NCBI RefSeq assembly: GCF_001194135.2
Contig: NC_068981.1
Coordinates: forward strand, 191,236,834-191,300,833
Reading direction: 5' to 3'
DNA length: 64,000 bases
Origin: Octopus bimaculoides
Lineage: Eukaryota
Position 1 is the stretch's first letter. Each line of letters begins with the position of its first letter. Positions 11,281-24,849 of the stretch are shown here, one piece after another. Both the position numbers and the translations under genes were made by a program. Under the pieces are notes generated by a model. It did no database searches. It had not been told where the DNA came from and was given only the letters and a program-made list of their open reading frames with translations.

Positions 11281-13822
11281 TGTTCAGTAATGCAGCTTTG
11301 CTTCAATATCATATCATTCTACTGTCTTTACTATTAGTAATTACTACCAGTTTTTAGTAACACAAACATAATGGTGAGGAGAGACACAAATGTAGAAGTT
11401 AAACAACATAATCTCCATGAACACTGCCATTTTATATCTGTTTTCTGATATATTTACATGGGGTAGTCAAATCCTCTCCAGCAGCACTTTGCCACAAGTG
11501 ATGGCCCTTTGTCTACATATATGTGATGTATGTATGTAGATAGTTTAATAAAGACATTTTCTCACTGTTTTCTGAAAAATAAAAATCTTTGATGTTGCTT
11601 AAAGCATTGATGAGGGGTTTTTTTTCTTTTCTTTTCTTTTTACATTTTTAATCAATAATACCTTTTCATATGTATTTGGAAACAGCCCAGCCTTTGAAAA
11701 ATGACAAAATTTATTCTTGGTTTAAATTTACATATGAATTGTGGTTCATATTAAATTTATGTTTCAATAACACAGAACAAAAAAAAAAGTATTTATTATT
11801 GATATGAATATTTGAAATTTTTAAAGAATTGAAAAGAAATTAAAATTATTGTGGATGTTATAGTTTTATCATCATCATCCTAATCTTGTCTTATCTTCTA
11901 ATGTATCTTTATACATTGTTAAAATTAAAATGATTTCCTTTGTATATTACTACTAAGTTAAACTTTTCTTTTAGTTTTACTTAGATATATATATATATAT
12001 ATATATATTGTAATAATAATCACTACGAACAGAAAATGTTTGATTGAATTAATATTCATGTATATGAAATGTCATAATATCATTTCCAGCCACTGTTGAA
12101 ATTTGATTTAATTATGTAACAAAGGAGGCGCATGATTGGCTCTCTCTGGATCACTCATTTTTCACTTAGTTTCATTGATTGGTTGATTGGAAATTATTTG
12201 TATTGATCAAATTATCTCCACTGTTTTATTTCATCTTATTCCTTTAGATCTTATCAGCCTTTCAGAAACATAAACATAAAAAATAAAAAAAATATGTAAT
12301 GCTGATTATTTTTTTAAATGTTTATAAATATGTAGAGAATAAAACAAAATAATTGTTTACATTTCCTCCATTGCTGAATACATTTTTACTTGATTATTTA
12401 AATATATCTCAATCAATTGCAACTAAGTTTTCAGAATTTGTTCAATAAATTTCAGTCATTAAAATTAGTTTGCTCAATATTACAGACTAATATGAGTTAT
12501 TGAAGGGTGCAAATCTTTTCATTTAGAGTTCTTTGTTGAATGTAATGGAATTTGCTGGAGTGTACATAGATGTTCTGTTGAAGATCTACATACACTTCCC
12601 AAACAGATTTGTGGAAAAAAAATTCTAGAATTCCTTAAGATAAGGTTTCTTTTATTTAAATTTAATAAAACTGATTTCCAATCTCCATTTTTTTTCTCCT
12701 CATGAAACAGATAAACTATCATATTTAAATTAACTATATGTATTAATTTTATAATTATGGAATGACAGTGCTAAGTAATGATGTATATAAATACAAACTT
12801 GCTGCCACTTCAAACGTGTGTGAGGAATATCTGAGCCCATTAGAAAGTCATTCACTCTATTTTGCCATAAAGATAATTTCTCACTTTAGACAAATAGGGT
12901 AAATGCACGAAGTCAGTTCACAGCGCCCCCTAACCAGACTGTTGGATTTATGCATGTCAGAGTAGTTATCTCCTCTTCAACTACAGAGGCTAGAAACGCA
13001 GATGCTGCATGAGAAACAGGTCCCTTTTATGATACTTCCATCATTAACAGGTTGTGCTATTCAGCAGTTCCCTGCAAATAAAATATGGGATGACAGCACT
13101 AATTTATAATTATATAAATGATGCTTTTAATCTATTGAAACAGATATAGGGAACAATTATATTATGAATCACCTGTGAAATTTCAGCCATTTTTGCTGTT
13201 GTTCATCCTAAAGATATAATTTCAAAAATATGGTATTCACCAATTTCAAAATAATTATCATATGATTTTTTAAAGAAATAAATTCCATCTCTAACACAAT
13301 TTTTGTAAGAAAATATTTGACCACTAACCAGTTACTGAGTACAAGTAAACACAAGAACTCTATAAAGTACAAACAAGATTTGTAATAGAGTTCTGGGCTA
13401 GTGCTGCTGATACATACATACAAATATCTTTGACCTCGTCCAAAGAAAGACTTATTAGCAGAGATTCCTTCAGCAACACACTACAACCACTTTCACATAC
13501 ACAGTTTCCTTTAGAAAATTACTACTTTAAATCTCATGAGATATTCAGCAACAGTACTTTGTAGTAAAGATTTGTTGGCAGTCCTTGTTCGAAAATATAA
13601 GGACACAGATCGTGTTGTATAGCCAGCTGGAGATGATGTCTCCTGGGGCTAAATTACAGCAACATTAGTCCTAAAGCAGGACTGCCATGTTAGGTTGGCA
13701 AATAATCTTTACTACATAGTTTACTACAGGTAGCAGATGTGCATTGTTTCCTTGAGCAAGGCATTTTTTCATATTGCTTCAGTCTGTGTATCTAAAACTG
13801 AGTAGCACCTCTGCGCTGGTGC

Positions 13823-13827
<5 letters not shown>

Positions 13828-13893
<66 letters not shown>
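13828..13893. repeat. (CT)n microsatellite
   Basis: Seen directly. Confidence 0.95.
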
Positions 13894-13897
<4 letters not shown>

Positions 13898-14209
13898 TGT
13901 CATTATTCCACTGGATTAAGAAGCTGTCTATGTCTGCTCATGACTACATAGACATCAAAAACATTTGTTAAAAGCATGATATGTGCTTTCAGGTCTTACT
14001 CCTTTGCTAGTGATGGCTATAGATTTTGTGGTTCATAAGAGCTAAGATAATCTAAACATTGATTTGTTTTCAAGTATAAAAACTCCTACAAAAATTAAGG
14101 TATTTTTCTCAAATTTTAACAGTTATCATGTATAATTAACTCTTAAACCTTCTTTTTTACATAAATTATATACAGATATATAATTTGAACTTTTAATTTA
14201 TCGTTTTAG

Positions 14210-14907
14210 GGTACTTCATGTTCAGTGTTGGATATGTCTACCTCTGTCAAGGAACATTTGTGAATAATGGTAATGTAACCAGCCAGAATAAATCATTGGT
14301 AAACCACAGTATGTTCGACGACCAAAGTACTGCATCTTTTGATTCTGAAATAATAATTAGTAGTACTCACTTACCTGGCGCTGCAGTACTGCAATCAACA
14401 GGTAGAATGAAAAAGCCTCCCCTAACTTCCACTACTGCTGCTATTAATAAGGGCCAAAACGTAGGCAATTCAGAATCCATAACTACAGCATCTGTATCTT
14501 CACTATCATCGGCCAATCCAGCAATAATTCGTTCCCCTATTTTGGAAAATGTTAATGAAGCACAATTAAAAAGTTTGTCTAGTAAAGATCAGTTTAACCT
14601 AAAAAAGGCCCCAGTTTATAAGATTCCTGAATTACCCCATAGTCACTGGATTTCTGGCCCAGCAAATCACACAGTTATACATCGAGTTAAAAAAGATACA
14701 TGGCCACAGTCACTGAAAACCTGCACCCCACCTGGAACACCAATATTGGCTATTCACCAGTCAGTACCAGAAGACACACCCAAAGACAGCACCTTGCCTG
14801 AATGGAGTGAGCAATTAAAATCATTGTGTGCTGATAATGAAGAAAGGATTTATTTAATCCTAGAACAGGCTCCTGCAAACCCTTATTTTGGTATTGACAA
14901 AGTTACG
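14210..14907 (+). CDS. Cadherin-repeat protein, exon A: signal-peptide tail, Ser/Thr-rich pro-like region and N-terminal part of EC1
   Basis: 698-nt open exon with acceptor ttttag|GG (phase 1) and donor ACG|gtaagt (phase 0). Ends ..HQSVPEDTPKDSTL..PANPYFGIDKVT, which joins G-A-L in the next exon as the cadherin F.ID..TG.L motif. Confidence 0.88.
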
Positions 14908-15659
14908 GTAAGTTGCATCTATTTCTGTGATATTTTCTTTGTACTTCATCATTTGTACATCTTCTCTCTATACCAGCATGAGATAGATGAGTCGTCACAG
15001 TCTGAGTCACTGTCTTTTGGAATCTGCTGCCCTCATTGACTGCTACTCTTACATTTCATTGTTGATGTGATTTGGTTTGATTTCTGTGGCTGGATGCACT
15101 TTTTAATGTGATATACCTTTCAGTCTGGCTGGAACCTTGTACTATCCACAAACTTGGTCTGTAGCCCTCCCTCAGCAGTTTGTCCTATAGGAAGAGCCAG
15201 TTGTACTCTATGCCATGTCTCTATTTTCTTCTTGTTAAATGCTTGCAAGATCTTTAAACTTCTATATATTGGTCTTCTAGATTAATTTTTGCTTCTGAGC
15301 CCACCTAACTCTAAATATGAAGTCACTAACTACTTACTATTGTCAGGTAGTACATACTTCAGCATGGAAAGATTTCACATTCACAGCCATTTGTCTATCT
15401 CATTTCCTAGAGAGAATAAAGTCTGTTTTGCTTGTGTGTCCACTAAATCAGTTCAAATAATGTTTTAAATAATGAAAGATTTATTAAAATAACTTTGTTC
15501 TTATCAAATAAATATTTGGTGAATAGCTTGATGAAAGGTATTAATTTTGATCACTTTTAAAAAGCTATTTTATATCAGAACCAAGGTTAGTTTCAGGTCG
15601 GTGGTATCAAAAGGGTTAACTGTTTAATCACAATTTTTATCATTCATTCATTTTATAGT

Positions 15660-15692
<33 letters not shown>

Positions 15693-16782
15693 TGCACGTG
15701 TGCACACATGTGCACATATGCACAGCACGTACAATGTTGAAAAGATTAATAAAAACTAATTATATCTGGTTTAGTTTGGATCAAATTATCTTAGGTATTA
15801 TTGTCATGAGCCTGTGTTTGCTCTGGCTATTATTTTCTACCTATTGTGTTCCTTTAAATAGAAACAAAATGAAAATAAACCACTTAATTCAAACAGAACT
15901 AGTTTACATCAACAAAAACCAGTTATATAAAATCTTTCATTTAAAACTTTTCACTTTATTTTTATTTCTTTGTCATTAAAACTCCTTAAATAGTCAAGTG
16001 TTTTATGATGCTAAAATTTTATGCTTCAATTTCTTTTAATATAAACAAGGATTATTCTTAAAACTACCTCCTTGCTCCTTCTGAATAAATTTATGAGCAA
16101 TTTAGCCTGAAGCAAGCATCACATTTGCTATTGAGAATGTTGGAAAATGTATAAATAATTAAATGTCTCGATAAAATCATTTAATAAATTAATTGAAGCA
16201 ACTCCATAAGTTGTTTACCTATCATGTCAATTGTGTCTGTGATTAAACTCACTTGGGGCTGTGGCTGTGGCACCTTTAGAAACAAACCATAAATTATGCT
16301 GCAAACACCACCTGTTCTTTCATTCAAAATTACTCCAACTTCCAAGAATTTTTACTGGTGCTGAACAAAATTTTGTAAATTAATTTTCATGTGATTACAA
16401 TTTAGCCGGCAGCGTTCTTAAACATTTTACATTCAATGTCCATGGTTTACTGCTATACAGCATTACACTTGTTATACATGCTTCAAACAATTTGCTTCTT
16501 TGGACCAAGATAGAGAGAAAGGCCTTTGCTAAGAAGATCTTTTTTTTAGATGTAATTTGGTTATTTCCAAACACTTATTTTAATACTTACTGCCAGTGCT
16601 GACCAGGACAATTACCCCCCACCCCCACCCCATGCACAAAAACCATTCATCTTCATGTTTTCAGTGCCTAGCAGACTAGTGGTTTTCAGTAGTGGTTTTC
16701 AGTCTTTTGCCTATGGACCCCTTTCATTTCTGTTTTACTGATGGATCCTCATAACTATTCCATGTTTAAAAAATGCTTCTAT

Positions 16783-17165
16783 CATCATCATCATCATCAT
16801 CATCATCGTTTAATGTCCGTTTTCCATGCTGGCATGGGTTGGACGGTTTGACTGGAGACTGGCAAGGCTGGAGACTGGCAAGGCTGGAGACTGGCAAGGC
16901 TGGAGGCTGCACCAGGCTCCAATCTGATCTGGCAAAGTTTCTACAGCTGGATGCCCTTCCTAATGCCAACCACTCCAAGAGTGTAGTGGGTGCTTTTTAC
17001 ATGCCACCAGCACAGGAGCCAGTCAAGCAGATCTGGCATCGACCATGTTCGGATGGTGCTTTTTACATGCCACCGGTACAGAAGCCAGTCATGGGGCACT
17101 GGCCACAGCTACAATATTGGTTCTACTTGACTCAACAGGTTTTCTCAAGCATATCATATGGCTCC
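16783..17165 (-). mobile_element. Family C: RTE 3' end, from last ORF codons through hairpin modules to (GAT)n tail
   Basis: Tail at 16783-16808, 16-bp unit ggagactggcaaggct x3, and a 5' end resembling the RTE ..LEKT codons. Confidence 0.8.
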
Positions 17166-17399
17166 ACTCCTTCCTCAAAGCAAAATAATTTATTAGGAGA
17201 GGCTAAGTTTTTAGAATAAAGCTCCTTCTCAGGTCATATAGACTCATACGGTTGGTTTCCTGAATTCTGTAGTGTATCTGTTTCCCTCTGGGAACTGTAG
17301 GAACACTCACTTTTGTCATCTGAATGGACTGGAGAAATATAAAATGAAGTGTTTTGCTCAAGAACACAATGTGCTACCCAGTCCAGAAATCGAAACCAC

Positions 17400-17757
17400 A
17401 ATCGTTACCAGCATCGCCTTACTGGCACTTGTGTCGGTGGCACGTTAGAAAATCATTCGAGTGAGGTCGTTGCCAGTGCTGCTGGACTGGCTCCTGTGCA
17501 GGTGGCATGTAAAAAACACCATTTTGAGCGTGGCCATTGTCAGTTCCGCATGACTGGCCTTCGTGCCGGTAGCATGTAAAAGCACCCACTACACTCTCAG
17601 AGTGGTTGGTGTTAGGAAGGGCATCCAGCTATAGAAACTCTGCCAGATCAGATTGGAGCCTGGTGCAGCCATCCGGTTCACCAGTCCTCGGTCAAATCGT
17701 CCAACTCATGCTAGCATGGAAAGTGGATATTAAACGATGATGATGATGATGATGATG
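17400..17757 (+). mobile_element. Family C (RTE 3'UTR) with 3 hairpin modules
   Basis: Modules GCCAGT..ACTGGC and GTGCCGGTGGCAC, then core and (GAT)n tail. Confidence 0.85.
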
Positions 17758-17899
17758 AATTTTATGATCAAAAGCCCAACACCTTAACCATTAAGCCATG
17801 CACCCCCACTAAAATAATTTATTCTACTTTATAAACACTTATTCTCAATATCTGCTGACTCAGACAATTTCTAATTTCCTCTGAATCCACCGTTTCACT

Positions 17900-18170
17900 T
17901 TGCTAGCTGCATACATAGTGTAATGCCTTCGATGTCTCTAACAATCTTTGATGTGCCACTTGTAGCTTTCCCTGCTTTCATCTCTATAACTGCCTTACTA
18001 ATCACACTTGAAGCCTAATCTCCAAAGCTGGTCTTTCTGTCCCACTTCATTGCTTTCTTCTTTTCACCGAGACTGTGAACAACAACACTTGCATCTGTGT
18101 CACCTCATACATCACTTCTTCCCAAATGACATCCTTGTTCATACCATCGCATTGCCTTGTAATTTGCAAT
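17900..18170 (-). mobile_element. Decayed RTE LINE internal fragment (pre-RT region)
   Basis: Minus-strand SVISKAVIEMKAGKATSG resembles the LINE KAIxxMKxGKAxG motif. Confidence 0.45.
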
Positions 18171-19146
18171 ATCATTCTCAGTAGTGTTCTCTAACACTAT
18201 TATTAAATCGGTAGTAATGCACTAACTGTGTCATCATCATCATCATCATCATCATCATAATCATCATCATCATTTTCATCTTTTAATTCCTCTTGTTATG
18301 ATAAGTAATTGCTGCATTATCAAAATAATACCTCAGCTGTATCCTACATCACAGTTTTTTGTTTTGTTTTTTTTATTTTCATTCAATCTGATCAAATAAT
18401 ATTTTGATGTCATATTTAATATATACTTTTTCCTCCCATCATGAGAATGAACTCCAGATGAACTAAATATCATGATCTCTATGTAAGAAGTCAGTGCTTG
18501 AAACACTTGGACAGTATTTCATCTCATTGTTTAAATATCTCTCTCTCTCTCTCGCTTTGTTCTTTCAGGATTCCCTAATTATTTCTCTTACTTTTAAATT
18601 ATTGAATCTTTTCATAATTGAGCTTATCGCATTCTTATGAAATGATTTGATTTATTTATTGACTACCACTACTATTTCTACTACTACTGCTGCTAATGTT
18701 TCTAAACACCATTATTCACTTTTTCAAAGAACAAAAAATACAAAATACTTATTATTCTTTCAGCAAGACAAAGAAGCTTGATGTCCATTAATTTCTGAAA
18801 TTACTATCACGTCACAGTGTCTGAAATGATTGCCTCTCTCTCTCACTATATAGGTTTTTATGGGCAATATTTTAGTTATGAAAAATTTTAGTTTATAGTT
18901 CAAAAGTAAATGATAAGTGAACTTTATGAAATTTCTTTCATGTCCATGTATGGTGTGTGTGTGTGTATGTGCACGCGCATGCACACATAATGGTTATGGA
19001 ATGAGTGTGCTAGGTTATTGACCATAATTGCTTTTTTCTGTGTATTTTACTTTGAGTTAATAAATAAGAATGATTTGAGCTAAAATAAATGTGCTGTTTT
19101 AATTTGATTAATTATGTCATTTTGTCCCTTTTCTACTTTTTGTCAG

Positions 19147-19245
19147 GGTGCATTGAAGGTTATTCGCAGTCTCGACGAGATTGATAGTCCTGAAGACCAT
19201 GTACTTGTTATAAATGTGAGGTGTGGGAATAGCATTACTATTGTG
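19147..19245 (+). CDS. Cadherin-repeat protein, exon B (EC1 middle)
   Basis: Polypyrimidine tract, tgtcag|GGT, 99 nt encoding GALKVIRSLDEIDSPEDHVLVINVRCGNSITIV, donor GTG|gtaagt. Phase 0/0. Confidence 0.9.
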
Positions 19246-19689
19246 GTAAGTATACCAACATTACCATTTTCCAAACTACCTGGCACTTTATCTATCAATC
19301 TCAGAACAGTGAAAGTTTAACCCAGCAAGATTTGATCCCAGAACACAGAGGACTGGAGCAAATACTGCCAAGCCTTTTATCCAATGTTCCAAAAGATTCT
19401 ACCATTCTCTGCTGCTATAAATTTTTGTCAAGATCTATTTGCTGTAACTACTATAGCAAGCATTAAAAAGTATATACTGTTGATTGGTTTTTCAGTATAA
19501 ATTTATAAAATACACTTAATTAATTTTATTTTATTTAATTTATGGTAGTTCATAGATATTGTCATCTTCATTGCTATCATGTATAATTTTAGTATGAAGA
19601 TTCACATTGCTCCAGTCCACTCAGCTGTGAATGGGTGACTCTTCACTGAACTGGTGTTCTATTTAATGGGAATGTTGTGACCTCGGTCA

Positions 19690-20850
19690 CTTGCATGCTT
19701 TTGAAATCAGGTCACCAACCCAATGAGTCCTTGGACTTAAAATGGTGTCCAACACTGGAGTCTGTGGAAAGCTGCTGCAATGGATAAAATGTTTCCTGAT
19801 GAACAGAACCCAACATGTTGTGGTTGAGGGAGTCTGATCAAGTTCATCCACAGTCAGTAGTGGTGTCCCACAAAGTACTGTATTGGGCCCACTCTTCATT
19901 ATCTCCATCAGTGACATAGACGTCATCAAACACTGTACACTGAAAATCTTTGCATAAACGGTATAGGAAACCAGCATGCTTTCAGTCAGATCTGTTTGCT
20001 GTTGTCCAATGAAGACAAGTTCAATTTGATCCAACTTGGAAAAGAGGATACTCTGAAACTACCATGTGCCCTTCCTTAGTGTCATCCAACAATACCAGAG
20101 ACCTTGGAGTAATTGTTGATAACAATCTAAGCTGGAGTTCCCATGCAAACAGCAAGGTTGACTTAGCCTGCAAGATGTGCTCCTGAATTCTGAGAAATTT
20201 CTGGTCTGGAGATGCCTACATCATCAATCCTTCTCTACTCTATTTTTGTCTGACCCCACCTTGAGTACTGTTACCCACTGTGGTTTCCCCACACAAAGCA
20301 ACTCATTATGAAAGTGGAAGCATTCCAGAGGTCAATAACAAGAAAGATAGATGGCATGACAGGCATTGACTACTAGGATCGACTAAAAAAACTCAATCTC
20401 TACTCTCTCCAATGCCACTGGGAGCGCTACATCATTTGTGTGATGTGGAAAATATTCCATCAATATTGCACAAATGATGTTGGCATCAATTTTAAAATCT
20501 ACCCACTACAAAAATCAAACTCAAGACACATAACAACATCGTGGCACAACTACTTTACCTCAACCAGTCCAGTTCTCTTTTAATATTATATCAAAGACAT
20601 CAAAACTTAAAACAGATCCCATAAAATTCAAAAGTTCACTGGACAAATTTCTTCAAATAATACCGGACCAACCTCCTACACCCAGATATGTCTCCAACAA
20701 TAATAACTTTTTTGCTAGAGTGAGCCATGGTGTCCCATATATGACTGAGGTGTGAATCATGATCTAAAAGTCTTCACCAGGTGGTGCTATTAAGTTAGAC
20801 ATGGCCTGGGCCTATACTGGCCGAAACTTATCTAAGTTTTATCTTAGAAC
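19690..20850 (+). mobile_element. 5'-truncated, degenerate CR1-group LINE (RT C-terminal half, thumb and 3' end)
   Basis: GKLLQWIKCFLMNRTQHVVVEG, SGVPQSTVLGPL, RDLGVIVDNNLSW, PHLEYCYPLW and DRLKKLNLYSL, with stops and frameshifts. Confidence 0.88.
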
Positions 20851-22095
20851 CAACTTTTGTTAAATGCTTACAATATATTCAGGGATGAAGTTACTTAATT
20901 GTAACAGCTTCCATTGTCTACTTTTCCCTTTGCCTAGCTTGTGGAAAAAGTATGTTGAAACATGAATGAATAAACAGTGAGATATTGACAAAGGATACAA
21001 TTGAAACATTAATTGTATGTCTGTGCACTCTCTGAAAACATTTGTGATATGTTTGAAAAAGTTATGGCTGAAATATAGAGCTGGCTTTTTGAAAAAAATG
21101 CTGTTGAAAGTAAGTTTATGAAGTAAATTGTCTTTAGATATTATACATGTACAATTGGCAAACCAAGCCCTGGACTCAGGGAGGGCATCTGGTCGATGGC
21201 TGATGATGTACAATTATTAAACAATAACACAGGAACAATTTTGAACATAACTACAGTTAGTCTTTTGTCACATCGAGTTTTTTTCTCTACAGCTTTCTCT
21301 CTGAATAATCACAATTGTATTGTTTGTCAGTACGTGATAGGGCTGGTCAGCTGCTTTCATTATTTTATTAATAATTATCAATAATTATAGATGACAATTG
21401 TAATTATACTATCAAAGCCAGGTTTGGATTTGATATAAACTTCCCCTTAAGTAGTATTTCCTCGATATACATAAGTCACATACACTCAGTGTTTTCTAGA
21501 AATAATGGAATATTGTGGATATAAAGTTCTATTGTGAATATAAAGTTACTTGTAATTCAATTGACATACTAGTAAATGGCGGATTTCATGTAATTATTTG
21601 AACTTATAATTTTAAAACTATTCTATTATGAAATAAATAAATAGTAAAAAGTATAAGTAAAATTACCTTCAGGTTTCATATAATGGAATTATTAACTGTA
21701 AAGAAATTCTCTATTAAAAGACTGTAATTTGATTTTTTCGTATCTTTTTTATCAGGTGTTAGACTAAAAATGGTTATAGCAATGAAAAGTATTCAGTCTA
21801 AAATAATCAAAAGAAAATTTAGTTATGTTAGGTTTCAACCACTGTTGATACTTTTATATTTTATTTCGGTTTTTCTTTTCTTTTTCCTCCCCCCCCCCTC
21901 CTCTAATATATTTTAGGGTGAAGGTGAATGACTTAGGGGTTAGAGTGTTTGCACTTGCAATCAAAAGATCATGGTTTTGATTCCTGGACTGGGGCTGTGT
22001 GTTGTGTTCTTGAACAGAACACTTCATTTCAGGCCACTTAGCTGTAAATAGGTAACCCTGCAATGGACAGATAATGTTTTGGCCATGGTCACTTA

Positions 22096-22167
<72 letters not shown>

Positions 22168-24849
22168 AGCTTCTTTGTTTATGTCTACCAAATCCACTCA
22201 CAAGGCTTTGGTCAGCCTGAGGCTATAGTAGAAGTCACTTGCCCAAGCTGCCACACAGTGAGACTGAACTCAGAACCATGTGGTTGGGAAGCAACACAGC
22301 CATGCCAGAGCACAGAGCTGGTTAAGGTATTTTATGGATGACCAGTAGTTGCCCATACAGGAAAGCTTCCCCTCTCATTGTCACCAAGGTTGATACTGCT
22401 TGGCACCAGTTTTATCACAGACAAACTCAAACGCTGCAGGGCATTCTGTTTTATACACTTAACAATTTCAAAGGTCCAAAAACCGGGGCTTGTTTTTTAC
22501 TTGAAAGGATGAAAAACAATATTGACTTTAGTAGGATTTGAACTTAGAACATAAAGAGCCTCAACAAATGTATTTGGGTATTTTGTCCAGTGTTCTCATG
22601 GTTCTGCCAACCCACCACCTTTACTGACATTACCATAATATTTAGCTTAATAATGGAATATTTTAATTGTTGACATACAATAAAGATCATGGTATTTGAT
22701 GTGGTGAATAATTAAGGAAGGCACCAGTGGGAGGAGAGAGATAAAAGAACAAAACTATTTCATCAGTTGTAACCTATGTCACTCGAATTTACATTATATA
22801 ATAATTATATCTAAGATCAAAGGAAATTAGAAATAGATTGGATTTTTCTAATTACATCTTAAAACAGTTATGTTTTCTTTATATCAACAAACTGAAATCT
22901 AATATAATTAACAAATAATCCAAATACATTAATTTAGAGTCTATACAACATCATAATAATTTCTAACATTGGTACAGTATCATAAATTGTAGTGGGTGGG
23001 GGGATGTGTATACTTCATTAGATTGACCCCTAATAGTTGACTGATATTTATTCTGTCAACTCTGAAGGATGAAAGACAAGGTGAAGTTGGGCAGAATTTA
23101 AACTCAGTATGTAAAGGGACCTGGCTAAACTCTACAAAACATTTTGTTTTATGCCTTACCAATTCTACCAGTCGCTTCCCTTCTAAATATCATGATACTG
23201 CTTATTGTGTAAGTGAGTCTATGGATTTGCTATGTAATTATGGTCAAAAAGAAAGTTAGGTCCTAATGCAGATGCAGCAATCACCAGACAGCTCAGATCA
23301 ACCCTAGCAGAGAGCACCATGATATCCCACCAAAAACATTTGTAAGCTTAACGCTTCTAAAAGTTGCTGGCACCATGTGCGAGCAAGCTGAAGTAGAACT
23401 TGTGAGACCTGTACGGTTTAGATAAATGCATTTCTGGATGTTATTGTAGCTCTTAACATTTTTCACCATTTCTCACTATTACAAATGTATTTCACTGTTC
23501 CATGCCTATAAAAAAATATGTATTAGCAGATAGACTCCAAAAGAAAATTGAAATCTTGGAGAGTAATTGAAGCTTGGAACTTAATATATTTCTAAAGGTA
23601 TTGTATAAATAGTCAACAGGAAATGCTAAAAGCAAACAGTCATGAACTCTACTAAATAAGCAATACAATTAGAAGTGGATACACAAGAAGCCTAGCATGA
23701 TACCTGGTATCTGAGGTTGTATTCTGTATGCCATATATAACTGGTTCAGCTAATTCTAGCATACAAGAAATACAATGACTGTTTACTAACCTGAAGCTAG
23801 TTTACATATAAATGATATGTAGACTTTGGATGACTTTCCTCTTTTTGTGACCATCCCATCTTTTGGTGGAATATTTCTAACAGGTTGGGCATGTAAGAAA
23901 CATGGATGCAAAAGACAAAGTTCTCTTTTATTTTCTATATACCAACAAAACAGACTTGTAGCAGTCTAACTGTTATGGTAATTCAATCTGAAATCTTCCA
24001 AGGAAAGTGATAAACCGGGGTGGGGTGGACCTTAAATCCATTTATGTAGCATGTGCTTGGCTCAGATGTACTGTTTTCACATTTCCAATAAACCTGTAGA
24101 AAATGGTGAACAGCTAAAGCTTAACCTACACCTTTCTATATTGCTGCAAGGAGTTTACTATACCTTTCTATATTGCTAAGAGATTGCAACTATTGAATCT
24201 GAAAACTAAAAACAGTTGTGAAAACTGAACGAGTATACAAAGAATGTCTCTGGCAAGGGACTGACAGAAACATAACTATATGCAAGTGCAAGATGCAAAT
24301 GAGGTCTGTGTAATGTGTACACAAGATGCAAATGAATCTGCATCATGTGTATGCTTTGGTTCAGGTCAGCCTGTAGAAGGTGAATACGAAAGGTATTAGA
24401 ATGCATGTATGTAAATATGTTTGTATTTTCATCTACCACATTTTCTCTGCTAAAACTAACCAATTTGTAAAGTAAAATAATTTATTAGAGAGTTCAGTTC
24501 TGTGAACTGCAGTTATGCAACATAATGAGTTGGTAAGTGTTAAGCTTACGTATGTTCTTGGTGTGAGTTCATAGTGCTCTCTGCTAGAGTTGATCCGAGT
24601 TGCCTGGTGATTGCTGCATCTGTGTTGGTACTTCATGGCTGATCTACTGCCCTTACCTTTGGATCTGCACTTGTAAGATATATGTTCCAAGGGGTGACAA
24701 TTTCAAAGAAGCTATATCTGGCCAAATGATAAGTCTGGGTGTTAATGAACATTTAATCTATAATTGTAAATCCAATAAAGTATATTTTGTTGGCCTAATG
24801 ATTATGGATTAAATGTTTGTGTGTGTGTGTGTGTGTGTATTTGTATATA

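Noticed and set aside
14908-15039. ORF-track extension of exon A to a stop at 15039 (273 aa single-exon protein)
   Set aside because: A strong ACG|gtaagt donor at 14907/14908 and continuation of the cadherin motif in exon B explain the region. The extension has no cadherin features.
17400-17590. Repeat-spacer-like array of palindromic modules suggesting CRISPR
   Set aside because: Eukaryotic context, no cas genes, the spacers are homologous to each other, and the array is part of a dispersed LINE 3'UTR.
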